DNA from: Burkholderiales bacterium
GTDB taxonomy: Bacteria > Pseudomonadota > Gammaproteobacteria > Burkholderiales > Ga0077523
Reading direction: 5' to 3'
NCBI GenBank assembly: GCA_965279325.1
Contig: OZ257154.1
Location: forward strand, 4,865,340-4,929,339
Length of the DNA: 64,000 nucleotides
The notes under the pieces are model-generated. The model did not search any database and had not been told where the DNA came from. It saw nothing but the letters and a program-made list of their open reading frames with translations. The translations under genes were made by a program, and so were the position numbers. Positions 19,223 to 29,237 of this stretch are shown here, piece after piece. How positions within the stretch are numbered: position 1 is the stretch's first letter; every line of letters starts with the position of its first letter.

Positions 19223-20710
19223 ATGAAGGTCATCCTCGCGCTGGACCAGGGCACCACGAGCTCGCGCGCGCTCGTCTTCGACGCGGCCGGCCGGATCATG
19301 GGACTCGGACAGCGGGAGCTTCCGCAGATATATCCGCAGCCGGGATGGGTCGAGCAGGACCCCGAAACGATCTGGGCCACGCAGCTCGCGACTGCACGCG
19401 AAGCCCTCGGGCAGGCCGGGCTCGCGGCACGCGACGTCGCGGCCATCGGCATCACGAACCAGCGTGAGACCACCGTCGTCTGGGAGCGCGCCACGGGCCG
19501 GCCGATCGCCAACGCCATCGTGTGGCAGGACCGGCGCACGGCCGCCCGGTGCGAACAGCTGCGGGCCGATGGTCTCGAGGGGCTGTTCCAGTCGCGGACG
19601 GGTCTCGTGCTGGATGCCTACTTCTCGGGCACCAAGCTCGCGTGGATCCTCGATCACGTGCCGGGTGCTCGGGCGCGTGCGGAGCGCGGGGAACTCGCCT
19701 TCGGCACCGTGGATGCCTGGCTCATCTGGAAGCTGACCGGTGGCCGGGTGCATGCGACCGACGCGAGCAACGCATCGCGCACGTTGCTCTACGACATCCG
19801 CGCTCGGGGCTGGAGCGACGAGCTGCTCTCGTCCATCGGCGTACCGCGCGCGGTACTGCCCACGGTGTGTGCGTCCAGTGGCGTCGTGGCGGAGACGGAC
19901 GCCGACGTGCTGGGTGCGTCGATCCCCATCGCCGGAATCGCGGGCGACCAGCAGGCCGCGCTCTTCGGTCAGCGCTGCATCACGCCTGGCCGCGTCAAGA
20001 ATACCTACGGCACCGGCTGCTTCATGCTGATGCACACGGGGGAGGTCGTTCCCGAGTCGCGTCACAATCTCCTGGCGACGGTCGCATGGCAAGTCGATGG
20101 CCGGACGGAGTACGCACTGGAAGGCAGCGTCTTCATCGCCGGCGCGGCGGTGCAGTGGTTGCGCGACGGCCTCGGTCTCATCGGGCACGCGGCGGAGGTC
20201 GAAGCGCTCGCGGCTTCGGTGCCGGACACGGACGGCGTGTACTTCGTGCCGGCGTTCACCGGCCTGGGCGCACCGCACTGGGACCCGCACGCGCGTGGCA
20301 CGGTGTGCGGCATCACGCGCGGGACGACTCGCGCGCACCTGGCGCGAGCGGCGCTCGAAGCCATCGCGTTCCAGACTTCGGACATCCTCGACTGCATGCG
20401 CGCGGACGCCGGCATCGAACTGGCTGACCTGCGCGTCGATGGCGGTGCGACACGCAACAATCTGCTGATGCAATTCCAGGCCGACCTGCTCGGCGCACCG
20501 GTGGTGCGGGCGAGCAACCCCGAAGCGACCGCCATGGGGGCGGCGATGCTGGCCGGGCTCGCGGTGGGAACCTGGCCGGACACGGCGGCGCTGGATGCCC
20601 TGTGGCGAACGGAGAAGACCTTCGTGCCTGCGATGGAACGATCCAGGGTCGATCGAATGACCGCCCGCTGGCACGCAGCGGTGGAACGAGCGAAAGGATG
20701 GGCAGCCTGA
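19223..20710 (+). CDS. glpK: Glycerol kinase
   Basis: [57 protein letters not shown]. Full-length FGGY kinase of 495 aa. Confidence 0.95.
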   Translation: MKVILALDQGTTSSRALVFDAAGRIMGLGQRELPQIYPQPGWVEQDPETIWATQLATAREALGQAGLAARDVAAIGITNQRETTVVWERATGRPIANAIVWQDRRTAARCEQLRADGLEGLFQSRTGLVLDAYFSGTKLAWILDHVPGARARAERGELAFGTVDAWLIWKLTGGRVHATDASNASRTLLYDIRARGWSDELLSSIGVPRAVLPTVCASSGVVAETDADVLGASIPIAGIAGDQQAALFGQRCITPGRVKNTYGTGCFMLMHTGEVVPESRHNLLATVAWQVDGRTEYALEGSVFIAGAAVQWLRDGLGLIGHAAEVEALAASVPDTDGVYFVPAFTGLGAPHWDPHARGTVCGITRGTTRAHLARAALEAIAFQTSDILDCMRADAGIELADLRVDGGATRNNLLMQFQADLLGAPVVRASNPEATAMGAAMLAGLAVGTWPDTAALDALWRTEKTFVPAMERSRVDRMTARWHAAVERAKGWAA

Positions 20711-20764
20711 GCGCGACGACCGGTCGCGCACACAACAACGAAACCTGATTCGGGGAGGACAGAG

Positions 20765-22816
20765 ATGGCCGCTTACACGACCGAAAGCATCCGAACGGTG
20801 GCCCTGGTCGGTCACGGTGCCGCGGGCAAGACCACACTCGCGGAGGCGCTGCTGCGAGGGTCCGGAACCATCGCGAGCAATGGCAGCGTAGAGCGTGGCA
20901 CCACCGTGAGCGACCATCTGCCGCTCGAGAAGGAATACCGCCACTCGCTGCAATCCTCGGTGCTCCATCTCGAAACCCAGGGGACGCGCGTGCATCTGCT
21001 CGACACGCCCGGATTTCCCGATTTCATCGGCCAGTCCATCGGTGCGCTCGATGCCGTCGAGACCGCGGCGGTGGTGGTGAGCGCGCAGTCCGGCATCGAG
21101 ATGATCACCTCCCGCATGATGCAGTGGGCCGCGAAGCGCAGACTGTGCCGCCTTGTGATCGTCAACAAGATCGACGCCGACAACATCGACTTGCCGGGAC
21201 TGCTGAGCGAGATCCAGGCGACCTTCGGCAAGGAATGCCTGCCCATCAACCTGCCGGCGGGGGGTGGCACACGGGTCGTAGACTGCTTCTTCAATCCCGG
21301 CGGCGAATCGGATTTCCTGTCGGTGGCGCAGGCTCATCGCGCGCTGGTCGACCAGGTGGTGGAGGTCGACGAGGAATTGATGGCGCTGTACCTGGAGCAG
21401 GGCGAGATCGCGCCGGAGCAGTTGCACGCGCCGTTCGAGCAGGCGCTGCGCGACGGCCACCTCATTCCCGTCTGCTTCGTTTCGGCACGCAACGGCGCCG
21501 GCGTCGCGGAGCTGCTCGACGTGTTCGCGAAGTTGCTGCCGAATCCGGCCGAAGGCAACCCGCCGCTGTTCTACAAGGGCGAAGGCGCGGACATCGTCGA
21601 ATTCCGTTCCGATCCCGACCCGGGAAAGCACGTGCTGGCGCACGTCTTCAAGATCGTCATCGACCCTTTCGTCGGCAAGCTGGGCGTGTTCCGCGTGCAC
21701 CAGGGCACGGTCACGCGCGACACGCAGCTCTTCGTCGGCAGCGGCCGCAAGCCTTTCAAGGTCGGGCACCTGTTCCTGTTGCAGGGCAAGGACCACGTCG
21801 AGGTTCCCACCTGCGTCCCGGGCGACATCGCTGCCGTGTCGAAAGTGGAGGAGATCCAGTTCGACTGCGTGCTGCACGATTCCCACGACGAGGATCACAT
21901 CCACATGCGGCCGCTGGAGTTTCCGGTGCCCATGCACGGGCTCGCGATCCAGCCGAAGCGGCGCGGCGAGGAGCAGCGCCTGTCCGATGCCCTGCACAAG
22001 CTGACGGCGGAGGATCCGACCCTGAAGGTCGAACACGATCCGCATCTCAACGAGTCCGTGTTGCGCGGCCTGGGCGAGTTGCATCTGCGTGCGACCATCG
22101 AACGCATGGCCCAGCAGTACAAGGTGGAGATCGAGACGCGGCCGCCGCGCGTGCCCTATCGGGAAACCATCACCGCACCGGCCGAGGGACACAGCCGGCA
22201 CAAGAAGCAGACGGGTGGGGCCGGGCAATTCGGCGAAGTGTTCCTGCGGGTGGAGCCGCTCGGCCGCGGTGAAGGGTTCGAGTTCGTCGACGCGGTGAAA
22301 GGTGGTGTCATTCCCACGCAACTCATTCCGGCCGTGCAGAAAGGTGTGGAGCAGGTGCTCGCCTCGGGACCGTTGGCGGGATTCCCCGTGCAGGATCTGC
22401 GCGTCACGGTTTACGACGGCAAGCATCACCCCGTCGATTCCAAGGAAGTCGCCTTCGTCGCGGCAGGCCGCAAGGCATTCCTCGATGCGTTGGCGAAGGC
22501 CGGTCCGATCGTGCTCGAACCCATCGTCAACGTCGAGGTGTTCTGTCCTGAGGCGAACATGGGTGACATCACCGGCGACCTGTCGGCGCGTCGAGGTCAG
22601 ATCACGGGCACGCGCGCATCGCAGGTATCGACGCTGACGGTAAGCGGCATGGCGCCGCTGGCGGAGTTGAACGGCTACGCCTCACGCCTGAAGGCATTCA
22701 CCGGCGGCCACGGCTCGTACTCGATGGAGCTCAGTCACTACGAGCCCGCACCGCCGACGGTGCAGCAGCAACTCGCGGCCGACTACAAGGCGACGCGGAA
22801 ACAGGAAGAAGACTGA
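20765..22816 (+). CDS. Elongation factor G paralogue (EF-G II-like) with a divergent G domain
   Basis: Five-domain EF-G architecture. G1 is GHGAAGKTT, G3 is DTPGFPDF (Phe at the catalytic His position) and G4 is NKID. Confidence 0.85.
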   Translation: MAAYTTESIRTVALVGHGAAGKTTLAEALLRGSGTIASNGSVERGTTVSDHLPLEKEYRHSLQSSVLHLETQGTRVHLLDTPGFPDFIGQSIGALDAVETAAVVVSAQSGIEMITSRMMQWAAKRRLCRLVIVNKIDADNIDLPGLLSEIQATFGKECLPINLPAGGGTRVVDCFFNPGGESDFLSVAQAHRALVDQVVEVDEELMALYLEQGEIAPEQLHAPFEQALRDGHLIPVCFVSARNGAGVAELLDVFAKLLPNPAEGNPPLFYKGEGADIVEFRSDPDPGKHVLAHVFKIVIDPFVGKLGVFRVHQGTVTRDTQLFVGSGRKPFKVGHLFLLQGKDHVEVPTCVPGDIAAVSKVEEIQFDCVLHDSHDEDHIHMRPLEFPVPMHGLAIQPKRRGEEQRLSDALHKLTAEDPTLKVEHDPHLNESVLRGLGELHLRATIERMAQQYKVEIETRPPRVPYRETITAPAEGHSRHKKQTGGAGQFGEVFLRVEPLGRGEGFEFVDAVKGGVIPTQLIPAVQKGVEQVLASGPLAGFPVQDLRVTVYDGKHHPVDSKEVAFVAAGRKAFLDALAKAGPIVLEPIVNVEVFCPEANMGDITGDLSARRGQITGTRASQVSTLTVSGMAPLAELNGYASRLKAFTGGHGSYSMELSHYEPAPPTVQQQLAADYKATRKQEED

Positions 22817-22819
22817 CCC

Positions 22820-23281
22820 TCAGCAGCTGCCGCTCGCGCAGCGGATCATCCGCTGGGCGCAGGTCACCTGTTCGAAGTCCGCACGCAGCACATACTCGGT
22901 ATCGACGCCGATGTGCTGGACGATGGCGTTGTTGCACTGGGTCCGGCTGGTGACGTACTTGGCCGGAGCGAGCCACTGCACGTTGGCGCAGCCCGGATCG
23001 CCATGGCCGAAGCGCACCCCGACCTCGTAGGTTGCGCACAGCAGCCCCCGGTGCTGGACCCAGGTTTCCACGTACAACTCGCCCTTGCGTGCGAGCCAGC
23101 CCTTGCCGCGATTGCGGCCGAAATCGAATTCGAGCCGATCGGTCTTGCCATCGGCGGTGATGGCTATCGCGGGGACCGCGGGTGCGTTGGCGCGGCGGAT
23201 GGCGGGGTCTTCGTCGTCCTGGGCGAGGAGGGGCAGTGCCCACAGCAGGGCCGGAAGAATCGCAACTCGGGTGACACGCAT
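22820..23281 (-). CDS. Secreted Cys-containing hypothetical protein
   Basis: Signal peptide MRVTRVAILPALLWALPLLAQD, six Cys in the mature part, C-terminus CASGSC. An AAGGAG Shine-Dalgarno lies 7 nt upstream. No recognisable family. Confidence 0.6.
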   Translation of the reverse strand: MRVTRVAILPALLWALPLLAQDDEDPAIRRANAPAVPAIAITADGKTDRLEFDFGRNRGKGWLARKGELYVETWVQHRGLLCATYEVGVRFGHGDPGCANVQWLAPAKYVTSRTQCNNAIVQHIGVDTEYVLRADFEQVTCAQRMIRCASGSC

Positions 23282-23437
23282 CGACAGCTCCTTGGGATCG
23301 GTGCCATGGTAAGGCCTGGCCGATTCGTTCCCAAGTGTCGCGGCCGTCGTGAGGTGCGCGGCCTTGCCGATGCCTGACGAAAGCGAAGGCGCCTCAGGCC
23401 TGCCGAAAGATCGACCGCGCGCCGCGACGAATCCGAT

Positions 23438-23770
23438 TCAGCGGTCGCAGTGCCAGTCGGGGAAGTACGACAATTCGCTCAGCACCGGAGAACCGGATTC
23501 CGTGCCCCTGGGCGGTGTCCGTACGGTGAGGTCCGCAACGGTTCGCCGCGACATCTCTTCGCCTGCCGCTTGCTCGGAGCCATAGGGCCCGGAGTAGTGC
23601 GCATGTGCGTCGAATAGTGGCTCCTCGATGTCTTCGGGCCACGACACCACGTACCAGTAACCCGGCAGCAACGGATGGCCGTCGGCCGTCCGGTAGCGGC
23701 AGTCGTGTCCCATCGTGTCGGTGAGGTGATTGCCGCTGTTCACGAAGACGATGCGCGCGTGTGTGACCAT
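23438..23770 (-). CDS. Hypothetical cytoplasmic protein (110 aa)
   Basis: MVTHARIVFVNSGNHLTDTMGHDCRYRTADGHPLLPGYWYVVSWPED..., preceded by an AGGGGG Shine-Dalgarno. Only the 3' end of a 630-aa track ORF is credible. No recognisable family. Confidence 0.55.
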   Translation of the reverse strand: MVTHARIVFVNSGNHLTDTMGHDCRYRTADGHPLLPGYWYVVSWPEDIEEPLFDAHAHYSGPYGSEQAAGEEMSRRTVADLTVRTPPRGTESGSPVLSELSYFPDWHCDR

Positions 23771-23806
23771 GGTGCCCCCTGCTCGTAGCACTGTCCCTGC
23801 GGCCGC

Positions 23807-23842
23807 AAAAAAATGGTGGCGCGAACGAAGCGAGCGCCCACC
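23807..23842 (-). terminator. Intrinsic terminator (minus strand) with no annotated upstream gene; candidate attenuator or sRNA 3' end
   Basis: Minus strand reads GGTGGGCGC-TCGCTTCGTTC-GCGCCACC followed by A-TTTTTTT. This is an 8-bp GC stem with one bulged G plus a U7 tract. It ends 36 nt upstream of the ATG at 23770. Confidence 0.7.
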
Positions 23843-23979
23843 GCAGTACAGTCGACTGCAAACCTGACAACAGGAAGAATTCGGGGCGCTCATCACACGT
23901 GACCCCCCGATCATGCATCGGCGGATTCGTTTTCCGCCGCCCCGCAGGATCGCCTCGACTTCCCTGTATCCGAACCATC

Positions 23980-24009
23980 CTTTTACTCGCTTTTTCGACT
24001 TTTTGTCAT
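23980..24009 (-). promoter_or_regulatory. Candidate sigma70-type promoter for the leader/sRNA (minus strand)
   Basis: Minus strand has ATGACA, an 18-nt spacer, then TAAAAG in the only AT-rich patch of this intergenic region. The match to consensus is weak. Confidence 0.25.
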
Positions 24010-24151
24010 TGATGCCGATCAAGGCGGATCGCTGGTTCGTCGAGGGCGTTTTCGGCAGCGCGCAGGGATCGACAAGGGCATGGCGATGCCCCGATCCGCG
24101 ACCCGAAACGTTCTCGTACACTGCATCCATTCTCCCCTGGCGAGCCCATCG

Positions 24152-25102
24152 ATGACCGACACCACATTCAATCCCCAGAACACGCCGCGCTACATGGAGA
24201 TCCCCACCTTCATGCGCTCGCCGCTGCAACGCGATCCGGCGGGGCTCGACGTCGCCATGATCGGCGTGCCCTACGACGGCGGCGTCACCTGTCGCGCCGG
24301 CGCGCGCCATGGACCGCGCGAGATTCGCAACCAGTCGTCCATGTGCCGCGGCATCCATCATGTCTCGCGCATCAATCCGTTCGAGATCTGCCGCGTCGCC
24401 GACGTGGGCGACGTCGCTTTCTCGAAGATCTTCGATCGTGATGCCGTGCTCGCCGACATCGAGGGCTTCTATCGACGCGTCCTCGAATCGGGCGCGATGC
24501 CGCTCACCGCCGGCGGCGATCATTCGATCACGTACCCTATCTTCCGCGGCATCGCACGCCATCGACCGATCGGCATGATCCACATCGATGCGCACACCGA
24601 CACCTGGGGCGAGTGGGGCGGCAGCCGCTTTCATCACGGTTCGCCCTTTCGCTATGCGGTGGAGGAGGGCCTGCTCGATCCGAAGCGCACGATCCAGATC
24701 GGGATCCGGGGTGGGCAGGGCGTCGACGACGGCTGGCGCTACTCGGCCGAGTCGGGCATGCGCGTGGTCTTCATCGACGAGTTCGTCGAACTGGGCGTGG
24801 AGCGCGTCATCGCCGAAGCACGCCGCGTGGTGGGCGACGGTCCCACCTACATCACCTTCGACGTGGATGGCCTCGATCCGGTCTATGCGCCGGGTACCGG
24901 CACGCCCGAGATCGGTGGTCTCACCACGCGCGAGGCGCAACAGTTTCTCCGAGGGTTGCGCCATCTCAACCTGATCGGCGGCGACGTCGTCGAAGTGTGT
25001 CCGCCGTTCGATCCTTCGGGCAACACCGCGCTGGTAGGTGCCACGATCATGTACGAGATCCTGTGTCTGCTGGCGGAGGTGGCGGCGAAGCGCAGGGCGT
25101 GA
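24152..25102 (+). CDS. Ureohydrolase of the agmatinase / guanidino-acid hydrolase family
   Basis: GVPYDGG, GARHGPREIR, LTAGGDHSITYPI, IHIDAHTDT, ITFDVDGLDPVYAPGTGTPEIGGLT, DVVEVCPPFD. All arginase-fold Mn-binding motifs are present. Substrate is not assignable by eye. Confidence 0.85.
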   Translation: MTDTTFNPQNTPRYMEIPTFMRSPLQRDPAGLDVAMIGVPYDGGVTCRAGARHGPREIRNQSSMCRGIHHVSRINPFEICRVADVGDVAFSKIFDRDAVLADIEGFYRRVLESGAMPLTAGGDHSITYPIFRGIARHRPIGMIHIDAHTDTWGEWGGSRFHHGSPFRYAVEEGLLDPKRTIQIGIRGGQGVDDGWRYSAESGMRVVFIDEFVELGVERVIAEARRVVGDGPTYITFDVDGLDPVYAPGTGTPEIGGLTTREAQQFLRGLRHLNLIGGDVVEVCPPFDPSGNTALVGATIMYEILCLLAEVAAKRRA

Positions 25103-25200
25103 AGCGTGTGGGGTGAGGCGCGAGGCGTGGTGCCTCATGGGCGAGACAGGACAGGCTATCATCGTCGGTCGTTCCGCGTCCTTCCCAATCGCCGCTCCGC

Positions 25201-26760
<1,560 letters not shown>

Positions 26761-26866
26761 CACGCAATCGCGCCGCGTGACGGCGGTGCGAGGCATCGGG
26801 TATCGTCGGTGCTGCCGGAGGACGCGGAGCGTCCGGCAAACACAATAAGAGGGGGAGGGAAGAAGC

Positions 26867-27817
26867 ATGACCAGAATGCTCGAGCTCAAGGGTCGGGAGG
26901 TGACGTCCGGTTTGCAGTTTCCGGAAGGGCCGGTGGCGATGCCGGACGGTTCCGTGCTCGTCGTGGAGATCGCCCGCGGCACGCTCACGCGCGTGCGGCC
27001 TGACGGGCGCAAGGAAGTCGTGGCCGAGGTTGGCGGTGGGCCGAACGGTGCGGCCATCGGCCCCGACGGCAAGTGCTACGTGTGCAACAACGGCGGGTTC
27101 GTGTTCGGCCGCGAGGCCGACGGCCTGGTGCGCCCCGTCCGGCGCTCCGACGACTACAGCGGCGGTCGCATCGAGCGGATCGATCTCGATAGCGGCAAAG
27201 TCGAGGTGCTCTACACCGAATGCGACGGCGTATCGCTCAAGGGCCCCAACGACATCGTGTTCGATGACCAGGGCGGGTTCTGGTTCACCGACCTCGGCAA
27301 GATCTACGACCGGAAGATGGATCGCGGCGCGGTGTACTACGCGCGCACCGACGGCAGTCTCATCCGTGAAGTCGTGCATCCGATCCTCACGCCCAATGGC
27401 ATCGGTCTGTCGCCTGACGGCCGCACGCTCTACGTGGCCGAGACCGAGACCAGCCGCCTGTGGTCGTTCGAAGTCGTCGGCCCGGGCGAATTGCGGAAAC
27501 TCCCGTTCCCTTCGCCCCACGGCGGTACGCTCGTGGCGGGCCTGCCCGGCTATCAGCGCTTCGATTCGCTGAAGGTCGAGGCCGGCGGCAATATCTGCGT
27601 CGCGACGTTGATCCGCGGCGGCGTGAGCGTGATCTCGCCCGGCGGTGAACTGCTCGAGTTCTACAACGCTCCCGAAATCTACTGCACCAACCTCGCCTTC
27701 GGCGGCGCGGACCTGCGCAAGGTCTACGTGACGCTGTCCGGCTTCGGCACGTTGCTCGAAGTGGACTGGCCGCGTGCCGGGTTGAAACTGCCCGGACAGG
27801 TGTTGCCGAAGCATTGA
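26867..27817 (+). CDS. SMP-30/gluconolactonase/LRE-family lactonase-like protein
   Basis: FPEGPVAMPDGSVLVVE, GGPNGAAIGPDGKCYVCNNGG, GPNDIVFDDQGGFWFTD, PNGIGLSPDGRTLYVAET. Six-bladed propeller lactonase pattern. Confidence 0.8.
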   Translation: MTRMLELKGREVTSGLQFPEGPVAMPDGSVLVVEIARGTLTRVRPDGRKEVVAEVGGGPNGAAIGPDGKCYVCNNGGFVFGREADGLVRPVRRSDDYSGGRIERIDLDSGKVEVLYTECDGVSLKGPNDIVFDDQGGFWFTDLGKIYDRKMDRGAVYYARTDGSLIREVVHPILTPNGIGLSPDGRTLYVAETETSRLWSFEVVGPGELRKLPFPSPHGGTLVAGLPGYQRFDSLKVEAGGNICVATLIRGGVSVISPGGELLEFYNAPEIYCTNLAFGGADLRKVYVTLSGFGTLLEVDWPRAGLKLPGQVLPKH

Positions 27818-27837
27818 GCGAACAGAGGAACCAACCC

Positions 27838-28509
27838 ATGACCCCCGCACAGGAATCCATCCGCAGCCGCTTTCTCGCCGTAGACACCACCACGGTGTCG
27901 GATGTGCTGGAGAAAGTCGGTCTCTTCGACCAGGCGCTTTCCACCGCACTGACGCCGATCGCGGAGGCGCAACCGAAGCTCGCAGGCTTCGCCTACACCG
28001 TGCGTATGCACATGCTGCCCTACGAGGGCCCGGGCGATCCGGACAAGATGCAGGCCATCAACGGCATGATGCCCGGCGTCGTGTCGGTATGGGCGGGCGA
28101 CGCGGAGGGCATGGCTTCCTTTGGCGAGTTGCTCGCACTCGGCATGAAGGTGCGGGGCTGCACGGGAATCGTCGTCAACGGCGGCGTGCGCGATAGCGCG
28201 TGGATCGCGAAGCACGGCATGCCGGTCTACGCGAAGTACCGTTCGCCGGTGCAATCCATCGGACGGTTGAAAGTCACCGGCTGCCAGGTGCCCGTCGTCA
28301 TGCCAGGCGCCACGAGCCGCCGTGTCGAGATACACCCCGGCGATTTCATCCTGGGTGACGCCGATGGCGTCGTCGTCGTGCCAGCCGAACACATCGAGCC
28401 CGTGCTCGCCGAGGCGGAGAAGATCACCGAGCGGGAAAAGAGCATCCGCATCGACATCGACAGCGGAGCACCGCTGGACATCATCCTGAAGCGGTACGGG
28501 AGGATCTGA
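27838..28509 (+). CDS. RraA-family protein (RNase E inhibitor / HMG-CHA aldolase-like)
   Basis: VDTTTVSDVLEKVG, GELLALGMKVRGCTGIVVNGGVRDS, GDFILGDADGVVVVP. Start placed at the ATG with an AGAGGAA Shine-Dalgarno; the TTG at 27814 is an alternative. Confidence 0.75.
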   Translation: MTPAQESIRSRFLAVDTTTVSDVLEKVGLFDQALSTALTPIAEAQPKLAGFAYTVRMHMLPYEGPGDPDKMQAINGMMPGVVSVWAGDAEGMASFGELLALGMKVRGCTGIVVNGGVRDSAWIAKHGMPVYAKYRSPVQSIGRLKVTGCQVPVVMPGATSRRVEIHPGDFILGDADGVVVVPAEHIEPVLAEAEKITEREKSIRIDIDSGAPLDIILKRYGRI

Positions 28510-28525
28510 GCCGTTTCCGAGGGGA

Positions 28526-28549
28526 GAACGTCGCCGGAAAGCGACGTTC
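28526..28549 (+). terminator. Stem-loop downstream of the RraA-like gene (no U tract)
   Basis: GAACGTCGC-CGGAAA-GCGACGTTC, a 9-bp perfect stem 17 nt after the stop. With no T run, it is at best a weak or factor-dependent terminator. Confidence 0.35.
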
Positions 28550-28571
28550 CGTCGAGCGACTTCGCTTTTCG

Positions 28572-28592
28572 CTATTCGCGATTCGCGAATAG
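28572..28592. promoter_or_regulatory. Perfect palindrome overlapping a -10-like TAGAAT; candidate operator
   Basis: CTATTCGCG-ATT-CGCGAATAG (9-bp arms). TAGAAT at 28590..28595 lies only 9 nt before the ATG at 28605, and no Shine-Dalgarno lies between them. Confidence 0.5.
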
Positions 28593-28604
28593 AATGGGCG
28601 CACC

Positions 28605-29237
28605 ATGCTCAAGCCTCAGGACGTGTGCCTCCTGCTCAAGATCGTGGCTCGCGGCCCCGAGCCGTGGAGCTACAACCAGCTCGCCTGGGAGCTGGGCATG
28701 TCCGCGTCTGAAGTGCACGCGGCGGTCAAGCGCTCCGGCGAGGCGGGACTGCTGCGGCTGAATGAAGGCTGGGGCGTCCCGGACGCCAAGGGCCTCGACG
28801 AGTTGCTGATCTACGGCGTGCGCTACGTCTGGGCGGCGGACCGTGGCGGGCTGGTGCAGGGCATGCCGACGGCCGAGTCGACCTCGCCGCTCGTGGACCT
28901 GCTGCCGCCGAGCGACGAGCCGCCCGCCGTATGGCCCGACCCTTCGGGCGATGTTCGTGGCGTGGCGCTGGAGCCGCTCTACAAGTCGGTCCCCATCGCG
29001 GCCTCCCGCGACCCCGTGCTGCACGAGCTGTTTGCACTCGTCGATGCGATCCGGGGTGGGCCGGAGGCGGTGCGGACCATCGCGATCCGCGAGCTGCGCA
29101 AGCGCCTCGGCACCGACCAGCCGGCGGTTGCGCCCAAGATTTCCCATGCCGCCGGCCAACGCCACGCGGCACACCAGGTTCTCTCGAAAGAAAAAGATGG
29201 CAAGGAAAGACAACGCGTACACCGCGGAAGACATTGA
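28605..29237 (+). CDS. Hypothetical protein with a winged-helix-like N-terminus
   Basis: MLKPQDVCLLLKIVARGPEPWSYNQLAWELGMSASEVHAAVKRSGEAGLL resembles a wHTH DNA-binding domain. The 3' end overlaps parE by 41 nt. No named family recognised. Confidence 0.55.
   Translation: MLKPQDVCLLLKIVARGPEPWSYNQLAWELGMSASEVHAAVKRSGEAGLLRLNEGWGVPDAKGLDELLIYGVRYVWAADRGGLVQGMPTAESTSPLVDLLPPSDEPPAVWPDPSGDVRGVALEPLYKSVPIAASRDPVLHELFALVDAIRGGPEAVRTIAIRELRKRLGTDQPAVAPKISHAAGQRHAAHQVLSKEKDGKERQRVHRGRH

Noticed and set aside
20711-20764. Hairpin GCGCGAC-GACCG-GTCGCGC just after glpK, considered as a terminator.
   Set aside because: The stem is only 7 bp, no U tract follows, and the next gene starts 40 nt later with its own Shine-Dalgarno. 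It is too weak to annotate.
18110-22429. A 1439-aa minus-strand ORF, the longest in the track.
   Set aside because: Only its last 321 codons (18110..19075) show a recognisable domain, the APH/MtnK-like kinase. The rest runs antisense to glpK and the EF-G paralogue, both of which have unmistakable motifs. It has the Arg/Ala/Gly-rich composition typical of shadow ORFs in high-GC DNA.
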